Shown here in pieces: positions 11,936 to 24,726 of a stretch of 64,000 bases of DNA. This DNA is from Malacoraja senta (taxonomy: Eukaryota), in assembly GCA_038087875.1 (NCBI GenBank), contig JAXLNO010000028.1, forward strand, positions 1-64,000, read 5' to 3'. Below the pieces are notes generated by a model. That model was not told the DNA's origin. It ran no database searches and saw only the letters and a list, made by a program, of their open reading frames with translations. The number at the start of each line of letters is the position of its first letter. The stretch's first letter is position 1. Made by a program: the position numbers and the translations under genes.

Positions 11936-12147
11936 GAATATTTGACAAAGTATAATTCATGTAAAACTGTCAGTCTCTCCAGTCAGTCCTTTAAAACAAT
12001 TTACATTTCAGGAAAAGACAAAGTGCTGGAGTAGCTCAGCGGGTCAGGCAGCATCTCTGGGGTAAATAAATAGGTGACATTTCCAGGTCGGGATACTTCA
12101 AATTGAATTTCAGACTACATTTCTGGCTTTTTTTGCTGTATATGTAA

Positions 12148-14105
12148 AACCCCTGTCTCACGGTGCGAGCTGACCCACGAGGTACCCCGAGCTTAAAACA
12201 AATTTAACTCGTGGTAATCACGTACGATTAACGTAGCGGGAACGTCGGAACTCGTGGACGCAACTTAGCAACTCGTGGCGCTTGTTAACTCTTGGAAAAA
12301 TTCAAACATGTTTAACGTTTTCCACGAGTAAAATGTACTCTTGAGGTTAAAAATTGAAACATTTAAACACGTTGTAAGAACGTAGTGGCCCGTGCGTTTA
12401 CCTTAGTGACTCGTGAGTCTACCATGGGAACTCTTTAACTCAGCGGGCAGGCAGCATCTCTGGAGAGAAGGAATGGGTGATGGGATGACATTTCCAAATT
12501 GGGGGGGGGAGGAGGGTGGAGAGTGGAGGGAGGGGAGGGGGAGACAGATGGGGGTGTCTTCATTCACTAGCGGCGGGTGCCTGTCACTGAAACAGGCAGG
12601 TGAGATTTCACATCCACCTTGTTTGTGTGTGTCTCTCTCTCCCTCCCTCCCTCTCACACAGGCTGAGAGACTCTGCCTCTGTGAGTGTACGTCTCTTTCT
12701 CCCCCTCTCCCACACACAGTAAGACCGAGGTAAGTCCATCTGTGTAAGCCCATCTGTGTCTCCCACATACACAGTAAAACTCTGCTTTGTGTGTATATAT
12801 ACGTCTCCCCCCATTTCTCTCTTTCTCCCCCCCCACCTCTCTCTTTCTCCCCCCACACACAATAAGACCGATGTATTCTTCTTAGTCTCTCTTCCCTCCC
12901 ACACACAGATAGACCGAGGTCCTGTGCGCTCTTTCTCTCTCCCCCACAGTCACGCCGAAGTACACCACACTGCCTCTGTGCCTCTCTCTCTGTCTCTCTC
13001 CCCCTCTCTCCTTCATAGTCAGAGGTCCACACTGTCTCTGTGTCTCTCTCTCCCCTACACACACACACACTGAGGTACACACTGCCCATTGTGTGTGTGT
13101 GTCTGCCTCTGTCTCTCTCTCCCACACACAGTTAAAGGTACTCCACGCTGCCTGTGTGTGTGTGTGTGTCTCTCTCTCTCCCTGTCCCACCCTCCACACC
13201 CACACACAGTCAGTCAGTCAGAGGAACTCCACACTGTGTGTGTGTGTGTGTGTGTGTGTGCGCCTCTGTCTCTCCCTATCACAGTCAGAGTGAGGTACTC
13301 CCCCCGCAGTCTCTCCGCGGCCTCTCCCCAGGCGGGGTGCATCTGCCTCAGGCTGCCCAGGCAGTCAGACATGGCTCCGGTGGCGGGCTCCATGTACAGC
13401 TCCTGCCGGCCAGCTGGGAGCGGCGACGGAGGACAGGGGGAAGTTGGCCACCAGCGGGGCAGTCTCGGCTCTCCATGCAGTCCGGGTCTCGCTGGATCCT
13501 CGTAATCCTCTGCCTCTGTCAAACGGGTGAGTTTAACCTGACCCCCCCCCCCCCCCCCAACCTCACTCCACCTCAACTCACGCCTGGGCACCAAAGCAGC
13601 TCAGGAGGCGAACCCTGAGCTCCGTCTCCCAACAATCTGGTGTGCGCATCCGTGCACATTCAAAGATTTCATCTCCAGTGTCCCCGCAGTATGTAGACCT
13701 GGCAGTAAATTCAATTAAAATATAGCAAACCTCCGCCTGCTGGTCTTCTAACTACATGATGTGTGTTTCAAACAAATCATCAGTATAACTGCTCTGGCAC
13801 TGGACGGTGCGCATTTTCCCTTTGTAGGTCACATCAATAGATGCGGCCTTCAAAGCCGCAGGATGGAGATGTTGCTTATTAAAACAGACCTTCATTGAAG
13901 GTTGGCTCAAGAGTAACTCGGGAAAGGAACTTGTTAACTCGGGAGACAAACTTGGAACATCGCAGAAATGACAGTTAACGGCAAACTTGAGATACCCGTG
14001 GGAACTCGGTTAAACTCTTGATCATACACTTGGAATTTCGTGCACAACCACGAGTCTCTCGCTCGGGGTACCTCGTGGGTCAACTCGCACCGTGAGACAG
14101 GGCTT
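12148..14105. mobile_element. Non-autonomous PIF/Harbinger-like DNA transposon with complex cargo
   Basis: ~45-bp TIRs aacccctgtctcacggtgcgagctgacccacgaggtaccccgagc / gctcggggtacctcgtgggtcaactcgcaccgtgagacagggctt; TAA TSD at 12145-12147 and 14106-14108. Confidence 0.85.
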
Positions 14106-14253
14106 TAACTGAAAGACAATTTATTAGTTGTGCAGCCATAGATATTTCAGTGACATTATGCCAAGTTTCTCTTATTTTCCCATCCATGGCAATGACAGAA
14201 GGCCCAAAGTGTAATCTCTACAGATATTGTCATTGGTGCAGCAATCAGCTTAC

Positions 14254-14500
14254 CCAATTCTCCTCCAGAAATTGAGAAGTCTTTATCCAAAATTATCCAC
14301 TTTTGGATTCTCTGAGCATTTGATGTGGCGTCTTTATTCACGGTGTCAATTGCATCCTGAATAGCTTTCTCGATCATAGGATCTTGTCTTTTCACAAAAT
14401 CACTCAAGTGGGTAACTGAACATCCGTTTTTGCGGCAGAAATCAATGGTTGGTGGAGCCAAATCGTCAAGTGGTTCTCCTGTCACACTATCCATATTACA
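14254..14500 (-). CDS. ACSBG2: ACSBG2-like coding exon (247 bp)
   Basis: cttctactag|TGT ... GAATTGG|gtaagc; encodes CNMDSVTGEPLDD...ATSNAQRIQKWIILDKDFSISGGEL. Confidence 0.93.
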
Positions 14501-15319
14501 CTAGTAGAAGAGGAGAAAGACAAAATAAAGGAAGCAGCTGGAAACATTATTGGAGAATAAGTAATGATCAACAATATTGTTCCACATATTAATTAGAAAT
14601 GAAGAATCAGTTACCAAAGCTCATCTTTACCCACCATTTTAAGCATAATTGGTTAAGATAGTCCACCAGTTCTCCAAACTTAATTTAAAAAAGTTTGACC
14701 CCAAGTATATTTGAATAAATTAAGGATGGGGGGCAGTGGGGGCCTCTTCCAATTATACACATTTTTGCGTTTCAATAGAACACATATTAACCCTTTCTTG
14801 TTCCCCTTTGGTCCCCACTACAACTTTTCTAGTTCTTCAACAAACGTCAGTATACTGAATCCCAGTTAAATCTTCATTAGTTAGATTGATAATACTGTAT
14901 TAATCCTATTTTCCTCCCTCAATATTTACGTTATTTCTGCAAACCCATTTATCAAAACATTTCTAACAGTGACCAGGAGAAAAGCATTCGAGCCAAGTTT
15001 ATATTGCATCAAGGGACCCACGATCATTCTATATACCTGGAAGGTACACATCAGAAATTGAGAATCAGTTCCAATATATCCATGTTCTCCAGAGATGCTG
15101 TCTGACCTGACCTGCTGAGTTACTCCAGCACTTTGTGTCCATTTCAGCATTTACTGTCAGATTTTTTTTGATAAATGGATTTGCAGAAATAACTTGAAGA
15201 TTTAGGAAAACAAATAACTCTTCAAGGGTGAGCCACCTGTCTGAACCACTGCATTGTGCTGCTGCAAGTTCCATAACAATGAAGATTCGGTGCTATATTT
15301 CCTAATCAATTTGGTGATC

Positions 15320-15703
15320 TATCACAGTCGCTGGCAGCATCATCAAAAAGGCTGGCAGCATCATCAAGGACACACACCATCTGGGCCATACACTCATCTC
15401 CCCACTACCTTCAGGTAGAAGGTACAGGAGCCTGAAGACTGCAATGACCAGGTTCAGGAATAGCTCCTTCCCCACAGCCATCAGGCTATTAAACTCGGCT
15501 CGGACAAAACTCTGAACATTAATAGCCCATAATCCGTTTATTTGCACTTTATCAGTTTATTTATTCATGTGTGTATATATTTATACAATGGTATATGGAC
15601 ACACTGATCTGTTCTGTATTCGTGCCTACTATGTTCTGGTGTGCTAAAGCAAAGCAAGAATTTAATTGTCCTATCAGGGACACATGACAATAAACTCTCT
15701 TGA
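15320..15703 (+). mobile_element. Rex1/Babar-like LINE 3' fragment, tail-to-tail with a minus-strand copy
   Basis: IIKDTHH..GRRYRSL..RFRNS C-terminus plus 3'UTR; the inverted partner begins at 15706. Confidence 0.7.
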
Positions 15704-16038
15704 AGTCAAGAGAGTTTATTGTCATGTGTCCCAGATAGGACAATTAAATTCTTGCTTTGCTTTAGCACACCAGAATATTATATGTAGGGCCGGCCTTAAG
15801 CCGATTGGACCGAATGCTCCCAATTGAGCCCCGCGCCTAAAGGGGCCCCGCGCTAATTTTCAGTATTTCGTACGGAAATACAAATTTGCGTTGTTAAATA
15901 CTGATTTTATTTAAAAAACATTTGCCTTGTTAAAAACGAACATGGATAAAAAACGCTGCACCGACCATCAGACAAAAACGATGTGTTAACTACCACTGTT
16001 AGCACTTGTTAACCGCCAGTCATTAACACGTAGTTATA

Positions 16039-16229
16039 TAATGTGTCATCAATGCATCGATCTACATTCTTCAGTAAATGTAATCGTGTTTTGACCAAGT
16101 ATTAATGACGCCGCGTTCCTTTGAATAAAATTCAAGTGACTCCCGTGAATTTTATTCAAAGGAACACTGCGTCAATAATACTTGGTCAAAACACGATTAC
16201 ATTTACTGAGGAATGTAGATCGATGTATT
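16039..16229. repeat. Long palindrome (arms ~90 bp); the right arm continues at 22675-22685 after the L1
   Basis: atcgatctacattcttcagtaaatgtaatcgtgttttgaccaagtatt... versus ...aatacttggtcaaaacacgattacatttactgaggaatgtagatcgat. Confidence 0.9.
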
Positions 16230-16459
16230 TTTTTTTTAATTATTATTTTTTTTATTAGAAGTATTGTACATTACAGTGATCTCCAATAAACGTAAGGTTA
16301 TACTTTTCTTGTACCACTTCTTATTTTAAACTTTAATAAGAGAATAAAAAGAAAAAATAAGATAAGGTAGGACAATATGAAAGGGATGTACCTACTTCAT
16401 ATCTTTACTCACCCCTCGCCAGGTCCTGAAACCATTTATTATCAACATTTTGTTGCACC

Positions 16460-19400
16460 CTATGTTTGTAATAAGTCGATAAATGGAGACCAAATCTTTT
16501 GGAATTGGTCTGGTTTACCTGCTAAGAGGAATCTCATATCTTCTAGGTGTAACAATTCCGACATATTAGAAATCCAAATTTTTATCGTTGGCGTGGGAGC
16601 GTTTTTCCAAAATTTCAGTATAAGTTTTTTTGCCGTTATTAAGCCATAATTAAGAAAGCTCCTTTGAAACGAAGTCAGCTCCAAACTTGCTTCTATTGTT
16701 CCAAAAATAATCAGTTCTGCATTCGGTTTCAGTTTTATTTTAAATAATTTCGTGACAATTTCAAAAATTTAATTCCCAAATTTTGGGGTTTTTATACAAA
16801 AAACAAAAGAATGTGCTATAGTTGCTTCTTGGGTTAGGCATTTATCACAGATAGAAGAGGTATTTGGGTAAAATTTACTTAATTTAGCTTTTGAATAGTA
16901 TAATCTATGTAAAATTTTAAATTGAATTAGAGTATGTCTTACGTTAATCGAGCATTTATGCACATATAACAGGTGTTTATCCCAACTCTCTTTCAAGATT
17001 TTTATCGCTAGTTCTTGTTCCCAGTCTCTTCTAATCCTATCAGATGATGGAATTTCTATGTTTAGAATGGAATTATACAGGTATGATATTAAATTAGCTG
17101 ATTCTGCTTTTATATTCATTATCTCATCTAATAGGTCTGGAGACATATTTTGATATTCTCGTGTATATTTTTTCAAATAGTCACGTATTTGAAAATATTT
17201 AAAATATTGATTACTACTCAAGTTGTATTTAAGTTGTAGTTGGTAAAATGTTTAAAAACTTCCATTATCATACATATCTCCAAACGTTTTAATTCCTACT
17301 CTATCCCAATTTGTAAAAGATGTATCTATCATAGAAGGTTTAAATGAAGGGTTATTCATTATAGGTGAGAGAAGCGATAGATTTCTTAATTTTAAAGTTA
17401 ATTTTATTTGTTTCCAAATTCTAATTGTACTATGAATAATTGGGTTTTTACTGTATATTGTATTCTTCATTTTTGTTGGTGAGAGAAGGATCGCTCCTAT
17501 GTTAAAAGGGGAACAATCCTCTCTCTCCATTACTATCCAATCCACCTGCTGGGCCGAATTGTCCAACAGGTGAATCATATTTTTGACATTTGTGGCCCAG
17601 TAATAATATAAAAAATTAGGGAGTGATAATCCGCCAGATTCTTTAAGTTTGCACAAATGTTTTCTTTGGATTCTGTGGGATTTATAGTCCCATATAAAGT
17701 TTGTAATATCAGCATCCAATTAAAAAAAAAAAAATGTTGGTAAGTATTGACTGGAATAGATATAAAATTTGTGGTAAAAGATCATTTTTATAGCATTTAT
17801 TCGGCCTATAAGAGACATCGGGAGAGCTTTCCAGAATTTAATCAGTATGTTTAGTTTATTGAGTAAGGGCATATAGTTTGCATTAAATAAAGATTTATAT
17901 TTTCTAGTAATTTCAATTCCCAAATATTTAAATTTTTCTGAAGCGATTTTAAAAGGGAATTTTAACAAGTGTGTTGTTTCTTGCGGTTTAATCGTCATAA
18001 TTTCACTTTTATTCCAATTTATTCTATATCCTGAAAAGGATCCAAATTCCTCTATTAAATTTAATATATTTGGTATACTGATTTGTGATTTTGTGATATA
18101 TAGTAGAATATATCACAAATATATATTACCGTGTTTGTGATATATATCACAAAATATATATTTTGCGTATAATGATATTTTATTATTTGAGTATTTTGTA
18201 TTATAACCATGGATGTTCGGATGTATTCTAATACTTTCCACTAACGGTTCTATTACAAGAGCAAATAGCAGAGGTGATAATGAACATCCCTGTCTATTTC
18301 CCCTTGATAATTGAAATTTCGGGGACAAAATATTATTAGTTAATATTCTGGCAGTAGGCCTATCATATAATAATTTTACCCAAGCGATAAAATTCTCTCC
18401 CATTTGAAATTTTTGCAATACTTTGACAAGGTAATCCCATTCCACTTGATCGAATGCTTTTTCTGCGTCCAGTGAAATAATTGATAAGTCTTGTTCTTCG
18501 GTTTTATGTGAGTGCATTATATTAAACAGACGTCTCAGATTATTGCATGAGTATCTCTTGGGTATAAACCCTGTTTGATCCGGATTTATTAATTTACTAA
18601 CATAATTACTTAATCTTCTAGCTAATGTTTTCGCTAATATTTTTTGATCTGTATTTAACAGCGCAATAGCTCTATAAGAACCCGGGTCTTCTAAATCTTT
18701 ACCTTTTTTAGGTATAAGTGTAATCGTTGATTCCGCTAATGTTTCTGGAAGTGTATGTTCATTAAAAGCATATGTATACATTTTATGTAGCCGTGGTGTA
18801 ATTATCTCGTAGAATCTTTTATAAAATTCATTACTAAAACCATCTGGTCCTGGTGTTTTTCCATTCTTTAATGTATTTATTGTTTCTTCTATTTCCTTAG
18901 TTGAGATTTGTGCACCTAATTCCTCTTGTTCGATCAAATTGAGTTTTGGGAGATTACAATTATCCAGGAACTCTATAACTTTAGTACTATCTGCTAACGC
19001 TTTAGATGTGTATAAGTTTTGATAAAATTGAGCGAATCTTTTATTAATATCCTTAGGTAGTGTTAACAATTCCCCTTTGTCTGATTTAATCTTTAAAATC
19101 GTGTGATCCTTTTCCCGTTTTTTCAGTTGTTGAGCCAAATGTTTGTGTGGTTTATCCCCAAATTCAAAATGTTCCTGTTTTGTAATTTGGAATAATCTAA
19201 TGACATTTGCTGATAATATTTTGTTTAATTTAAATTTCATTATTGTTATTTTATTATGTTTATCTATAGTTGGCTCTTTAGCATTATCTAATTCCAATTC
19301 TCTAATTCGTTCTTCTAACTGCCATTGTTCTTTCTTATTCTTTTTATTTGGTATGAGATTATAGATCCTCTAATAAATGCTTTGAATGATTCCCATAGTA

Positions 19401-20279
19401 AAGTTGGTGAGATCTCTGGTGTATCATTAATCTTTTTTTAAAGTTCCATCTGTTGTTTTAAATATATTTCCCCTTGTGGATCATTTAGGATTTGAGGATT
19501 AAACCTCCAAAACGATTTATTAGTAGGCATTCCTTCTAATTTAAAAAAAAAGTTAACGGGGAGTGATCGGATATTATACTATTGTGATATTTTGGGTTCA
19601 GTGTATAGGGAATTAGTTTTGTATCCACTAAAAATTAGTCGATACGTGAATAAGTTTTGTGTACCATTGAATAAAACAAGTATTCCCTTCCAACAGGGTT
19701 AGCGATCCTCCAGACATCTGTTATATTTGTATATTTTATGTATGTATTTAAGATTTCCCTGGTTTTAGATTTAGTGTTGCCCCTGCTCTGTTGTGAAGAT
19801 TTATCCAAGTATGGATCTAAAACACAGTTAAAGTCTCCCCCAATTATCACATTTTGATAATTGAACTCTGTAATTATATTCAGGATTTTATTTAAAAATT
19901 GGGGATTATCAAAATTAGGCGCATAAATATTTACCAAGGTAATTGGAGTAGCATGAATCTCTCCGGAAACTATAAGGTATCTCCCTTCCTTATCTATTAT
20001 GATATTCTTCGATTTAAATGGTATACCTTTTCGAATAATAATTGCTGTGCCTCTAGATTTGGAAATATATGAAGATTGTTATGTTTGGCCTATCCAATTT
20101 GCCTTCAATCTAGCTTGAGCTTGCAGTTTCAAGTGAGTTTCTTGTAGAAATATTATGTCCGAATTGAGTGACTTCAATTGTGCAAAAATCTTACCCCTTT
20201 TAATTGGTTCATTAGCACCCCTAATATTCCAACTGCAGAATGTGATTCCTCCAGATTTCTTTTGTTTATCGTCTTGCAT
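16460..20279 (-). pseudogene. L1 ORF2 (endonuclease, RT, C-terminal Cys domain), multiply frameshifted
   Basis: SWNIRG, FLQETHL, GGDFN, KTPGPDGF, SLDAEKAFD, RQGCSLSP and CDKC..H..C motifs split across several ORFs. Confidence 0.9.
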
Positions 20280-21334
20280 TTTAAATTATTTAATACCTTT
20301 TAAACATGTGGTGCAACCAATACCTTAGGTCTCTGGCTGTTGGGGGAGCATTTGCATTATTAAATTCAGTTGTTACATCCCTCTTAAAATTGTCCTTAAA
20401 CAAAGAAACAAAAAAGTGTACATTATTGTGACATTTAAAACAAATTTAAAAAGTGAGGTTACAGTGTCTAAAAATGACGACACTGTAACCGACAATCCAC
20501 CTAATGGTGGTAGTTACACATTTATTGACTTCCGTAGTTGTTAATCTACATTTAGCTCCGTCCCCTTGAATAATCTTGCAAAAAGGAGTTGGGGCCAATT
20601 CAAAGCCAAATTTTATATATCACCATTACCATATCTATATATCTAATTAAATCTTCTCTAATCTCCAATCTTATCTACCATTTACTTATGTTAACAATTA
20701 TTACATTTTCTTCCCCTTCCATACTAATCAGCCTTTGGTTGGAAGGGGTTAACCCGATTCAGGCACCTGGCTATTTGCCAAGATTCTGAATCTCCTCACC
20801 TCCTTCCACGCAAAATTTGAACTGAAGCCTATCATATTTTCTAAATTAGTTTTTTAGTCTGTTATAAATCTATTTCCTTATATTTAGCCCCCCTCCTCCC
20901 CTGCCCGGGGGGGGTCAATCCTTATAATGGGTTATTACATTTTACCATTTGAGCGATTCGTTTTTAATTCAATTACTATTACTGTTAATGTATTAATTTC
21001 ATTAACTTTAATTACTATTACTATGTTAGTTCAGTAGTTTTTGTGTTAGTATGGGATTAGTATAGGATAAAATTTTAAGTCTTTCATTCAGGAGTTTTTA
21101 TTTTCCAATCCGTCTGCGTTAGGTTCCTCATTCAGCCACGCCCTTGTTATTCCATCTTTCGCTCGAGTTGGAACCAAAAATGTCCTTGAAGAGATAAGAA
21201 TGTCTAGACAGCGGCACATGGAGAAGCTCCGCCATCTTAATCCTTTTTAAAAGTTTTAAAAGTTATCTATATCAACCTTCCCTCAGCCGGTGTCTGCAGA
21301 ATAAAAACCTTGTCTTGAAGATGTGATGTTTTAC

Positions 21335-22481
21335 TTAAACATCTATATCTTTTAAAATGTCTTGAGCGTATTTGTAAGCAGCTTCTGGTTCATTAAACTT
21401 ACGTTCGATACCATTATATGTAATAATCATTTTAGCTGGGTAAATTATCCCGTATCTAATGTTCTTGTGCCCTTTCAAGATCTGTCGTGTGTTTGTAAAC
21501 GATTCTCGTTTTTTAGCGATTTCATAGGGATAATCTCTAAAAAGTTTGATAGTGTGAGTCCCAAACATCATAATCTTTCCGTACTGGATTTTTTCCATGA
21601 CCTCTTCCAAAGCTGAAATGTCCCGAAATTTCACAATGATCTGTCGTGGGGAGGCTCCTTTTGTTTGTGCCCTTGATTTTGCCCGTTGCACCCGGTGTGC
21701 CACTTCTATTTTCGGTTTGACAGGCAGGTCGAGTATATGTTTAAGTAAGTTGGCAGTGTACTCACGGGCCTGATTCCCCTCGGCTCCTTCTGTCACTCCA
21801 ACTATTCTTAAATTCTGCCGTCTTGAACGTGCTTCCAAATCAAGGCATTTATCCGACGTTTTAGCCAGCTGACCCACAACACGTTCATGAAGAAGGGTTT
21901 CACAGTCTGAAGAAGGGTTTCGGCCCGAAACGTTACCTATTTCCTTCGCTCCATAGATGCTGCTGCACCCGCTGAGTTTCTCCAGCATTTTTGTGTACCA
22001 CACGTTCATGATCCTTCTTGATTTTCTGCATCTCTTCAGCCATTTGTAGCATTGCTATTTCCATATCTTTCATAGTAGTACAGCATGATGTAACAGTTTG
22101 GTGGACAGCATCAACCTTATTTGTACTATCTTCTTCCACCCGGTCAATTTTCAGAGATAATTCACCATGCACATCATCAATTCTTTTATTTATATTACCA
22201 ATTGAATCTATAACTTTCTGGTTCCCAGTGTTCATGCACTCTATCATGTTCTCCATACTTTTTAAGTCACTCACCGATGTCTTAATGTCCTCCAGCTCCT
22301 TATCCTTTGAAGCCTTTTCAGCCTTTTCAGCCATTTCAGCCTTTGATCTTGCAGACATTTTCAGGGCTACTTCAGCAGTTACTTTTTCAGGTTCTTCAAT
22401 TTCTTCAGGTGGTGACTGTTTTTCCAGAAGTTGCTTTGAGACAGATCTCTGAGGGCTCTGACAGGGAATCGCTTTTGTCAT
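21335..22481 (-). pseudogene. L1 ORF1 (coiled coil plus RRM/CTD), frameshifted by a 121-bp insertion
   Basis: DLEARSRRQNLRIVGV, IEVAHRV, PRQIIVKF and YPAKM motifs; removing the insert joins KKDHERVV to GQLAKTS. Confidence 0.9.
21891..21999 (+). mobile_element. Short Penelope-like element with a minimal hammerhead ribozyme core and 12-bp TSD
   Basis: CTGAAGA-A-GGGT[TTCG]GCCC-GAAA-CGTT at 21907-21934; TSD acacgttcatga at 21879-21890 and 22000-22011. Confidence 0.8.
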
Positions 22482-23524
22482 TTAAAAATACCTTAAACCT
22501 CCGTTATTTTCGCGGCGATTTCTGATGACGTCATCAGCACCGCGACAAACAGCTCTGGTAAGCTTTTAAAATCGGTCCCGACTTCCCAATCGATTTTTAA
22601 AGCGAAAATTCGCAGATTACGGGAACGGAGCTAAATGCTGCGCCTGTTCAGTTAATCATGGCGCCACCGGAAGTGATGACACATTGAGAATTTCATAAAA
22701 CTCACTCCTCACTTCACTCACTGGCTCACTATTGTTTGTGATGTTTGCTTTTCAAATGTATTCAAGTATTCCGCCTGTCTTCCTCTTGCAAAAACGGAAT
22801 GCATTAATAGCATGTCTCAATCTCGTCAGGTTAGTTCACCTCATCAACTGCAACTCTCCAGAATGCAGCTTTCTTTACTCCAGAATTTAGTGTCTACCTT
22901 TAAAATAAATCTGTGGTCTGCTGAAGAAACAACACGAGAGACCACTCTGGAAGTGCAAGTTTTGCTATACACTTCATACTGTAGAACACATCATAATACA
23001 CCTTGAGTGAATTAATGCGGTTAGATTATTTTTTTTAATCTGTTGTCTAGAATTAATCGATACCCACCCTCTGTACCTTATATCAGATTTTAAACGGAAT
23101 TCCGAATTTTTGTTTGTTTTCCTATTTGTCCATTTTTTTGTGCCCGATTATTTGGCGGCCAATCAACCGCTGTCTCTAAGGGGGTTGCGTCCAATCACCG
23201 ACCAGCTTGCCTTAAAATTCCCGTCCAATCAACAAATCGGTCTCCTCCCGTCCAATCAGCCGCTGTCTCCAAGGGCATTGTGTCCAATCACATAATGCAG
23301 ATTAATGGTAATTAGCCGCTATGGTAAAGGTTGGAAGACAGCGGAGGTACTCATAGTCAGACGGTAGCAGGAGAGATTGTATAATCCAGGGTATAATCCA
23401 TAGCACCTTAGTGTACAATTTCATAATATATACTAAATAACAGGGCTCTCAGACCTTGGCTGGGTACCTGGAGCTCACCAAAATTGTTCCCAATTGGGCC
23501 CCGCACCTCCTAAGGCCGGCCCTG

Positions 23525-23880
23525 ATTGTAGGCATAAATACAGATCAGATCAGTGTGTCCATATACCATAGAATATATATATACACACATAAATAAACAG
23601 ATAAAGTGCAATAGGCTGCTATAGTTCAGAATTTGTTTGAAGTTGTGTTTAATAGTCTGATGGCTGTGGGGAAGTAGCTATTCCTGACCCTGGATGTTGC
23701 AAATTTCAGGCTACTGTACCTTCTACCTGATGGCAGCGGAGAGATGAGTGTGTGGCCAGGATGGTGTGCGTCCTTGATGATGCTGGCAGCCTTCTTGAGG
23801 CAGCGACTGCGATAGATCCCCTTGATGGTAGGGTGGTCAGAGCCAATGATGGACTGGGCAGTGTTTACTACTTTTTGTAG
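23525..23880 (-). mobile_element. Rex1/Babar-like LINE 3' fragment (continuation of 15706-15784)
   Basis: Reverse-complement homologue of 15320-15630. Confidence 0.7.
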
Positions 23881-24345
23881 TAAGGCTTGTGCTGGCCAAG
23901 CTGAAAAATATCAATCCCCCTGCTGGACCCTCTGCAGTTTGCATATTGGGCCAATAGATCTGTGGATGACGCAGTCAATCTGGGCCTGCATTTCATCCTC
24001 CAGCACCTAGACCGCCAGGGGACCTATGTGACGATTTTGTTTGCTGATTTTAGCTCTGCATTCAACACCATTGTGCCAGAGTTACTACGCTCCAAACTTT
24101 CTGAGTTGACTGTGCCTGAACCCCTCTGTCGGTGGATCACCAGCTTTGACAGACAGGAAGCAGCATGTGAGGCTGGGAAAGCATATCTCGGACCCGCAAA
24201 CGCTCAGCCCAGGAGCACCGCAAGATGCGTTCTCCCCTCTACTCTACTCTCGCTACACCAATGACTGCACCTCCACAGACACCTCTGTCAAGCTTCTCAA
24301 GTTTGCGGACGACACAACCCTGATTCGACTGATCCAGGATGGGGA
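23880..24345 (+). mobile_element. Rex1/Babar-like RT fragment
   Basis: ILFADFSSAFNTIVP, GAPQ, YTNDC and LLKFADDTTLI motifs. Confidence 0.8.
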
Positions 24346-24680
24346 TCTCTGTACTCTTTTCAGTTTGACATCTTTCCTATAACATGGTGCCCAGAAGTGA
24401 ACACAATATTCTAAATGCGGTCTCACCAACGTCTTATACAACTGCAACATGACCTCCCAACTTCTATACTCAATAGTCTGACTGATGAAGGCCAAAGTGC
24501 CAAAATACTTTTTGACCATCTGATGAACCTGCGAGTCGACCTTCAAGGAACCATGCAACCATCAACCATTCCTCTGCCCACCTGGCTAATTGATCCAGAT
24601 CCTGCTGCAATCTTTCACAACCATCTTCACTATCTGCAAAACCACTCACTACTCTATCATCAGCAAACTTGCCAATCTTG
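24345..24680 (-). mobile_element. Degenerate CR1 fragment
   Basis: LYKTLVRPHLEYCVHFWAP peptide. Confidence 0.75.
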
Positions 24681-24726
24681 CCATGTTCTGTGACCTTTCA
24701 AAGTGCTGGAGTAACTCAGCGGGTCA

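Larger units (their letters stand above)
16228..22674 (-). mobile_element. Full-length L1 LINE (~6.4 kb), inactivated
   Basis: A-rich tail near 16228-16255; 5' end ACTTCCGGTGGCGCCATG; ORF1, ~1 kb inter-ORF spacer and frameshifted ORF2. Confidence 0.93.
15785..23524. mobile_element. Non-autonomous hAT-like element (~1.3 kb of own sequence) hosting a full-length L1
   Basis: TIR tagggccggcctta / taaggccggccctg; degenerate 8-bp TSD attatatg / attgtagg; it interrupts a Rex copy that resumes at 23525. Confidence 0.75.
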
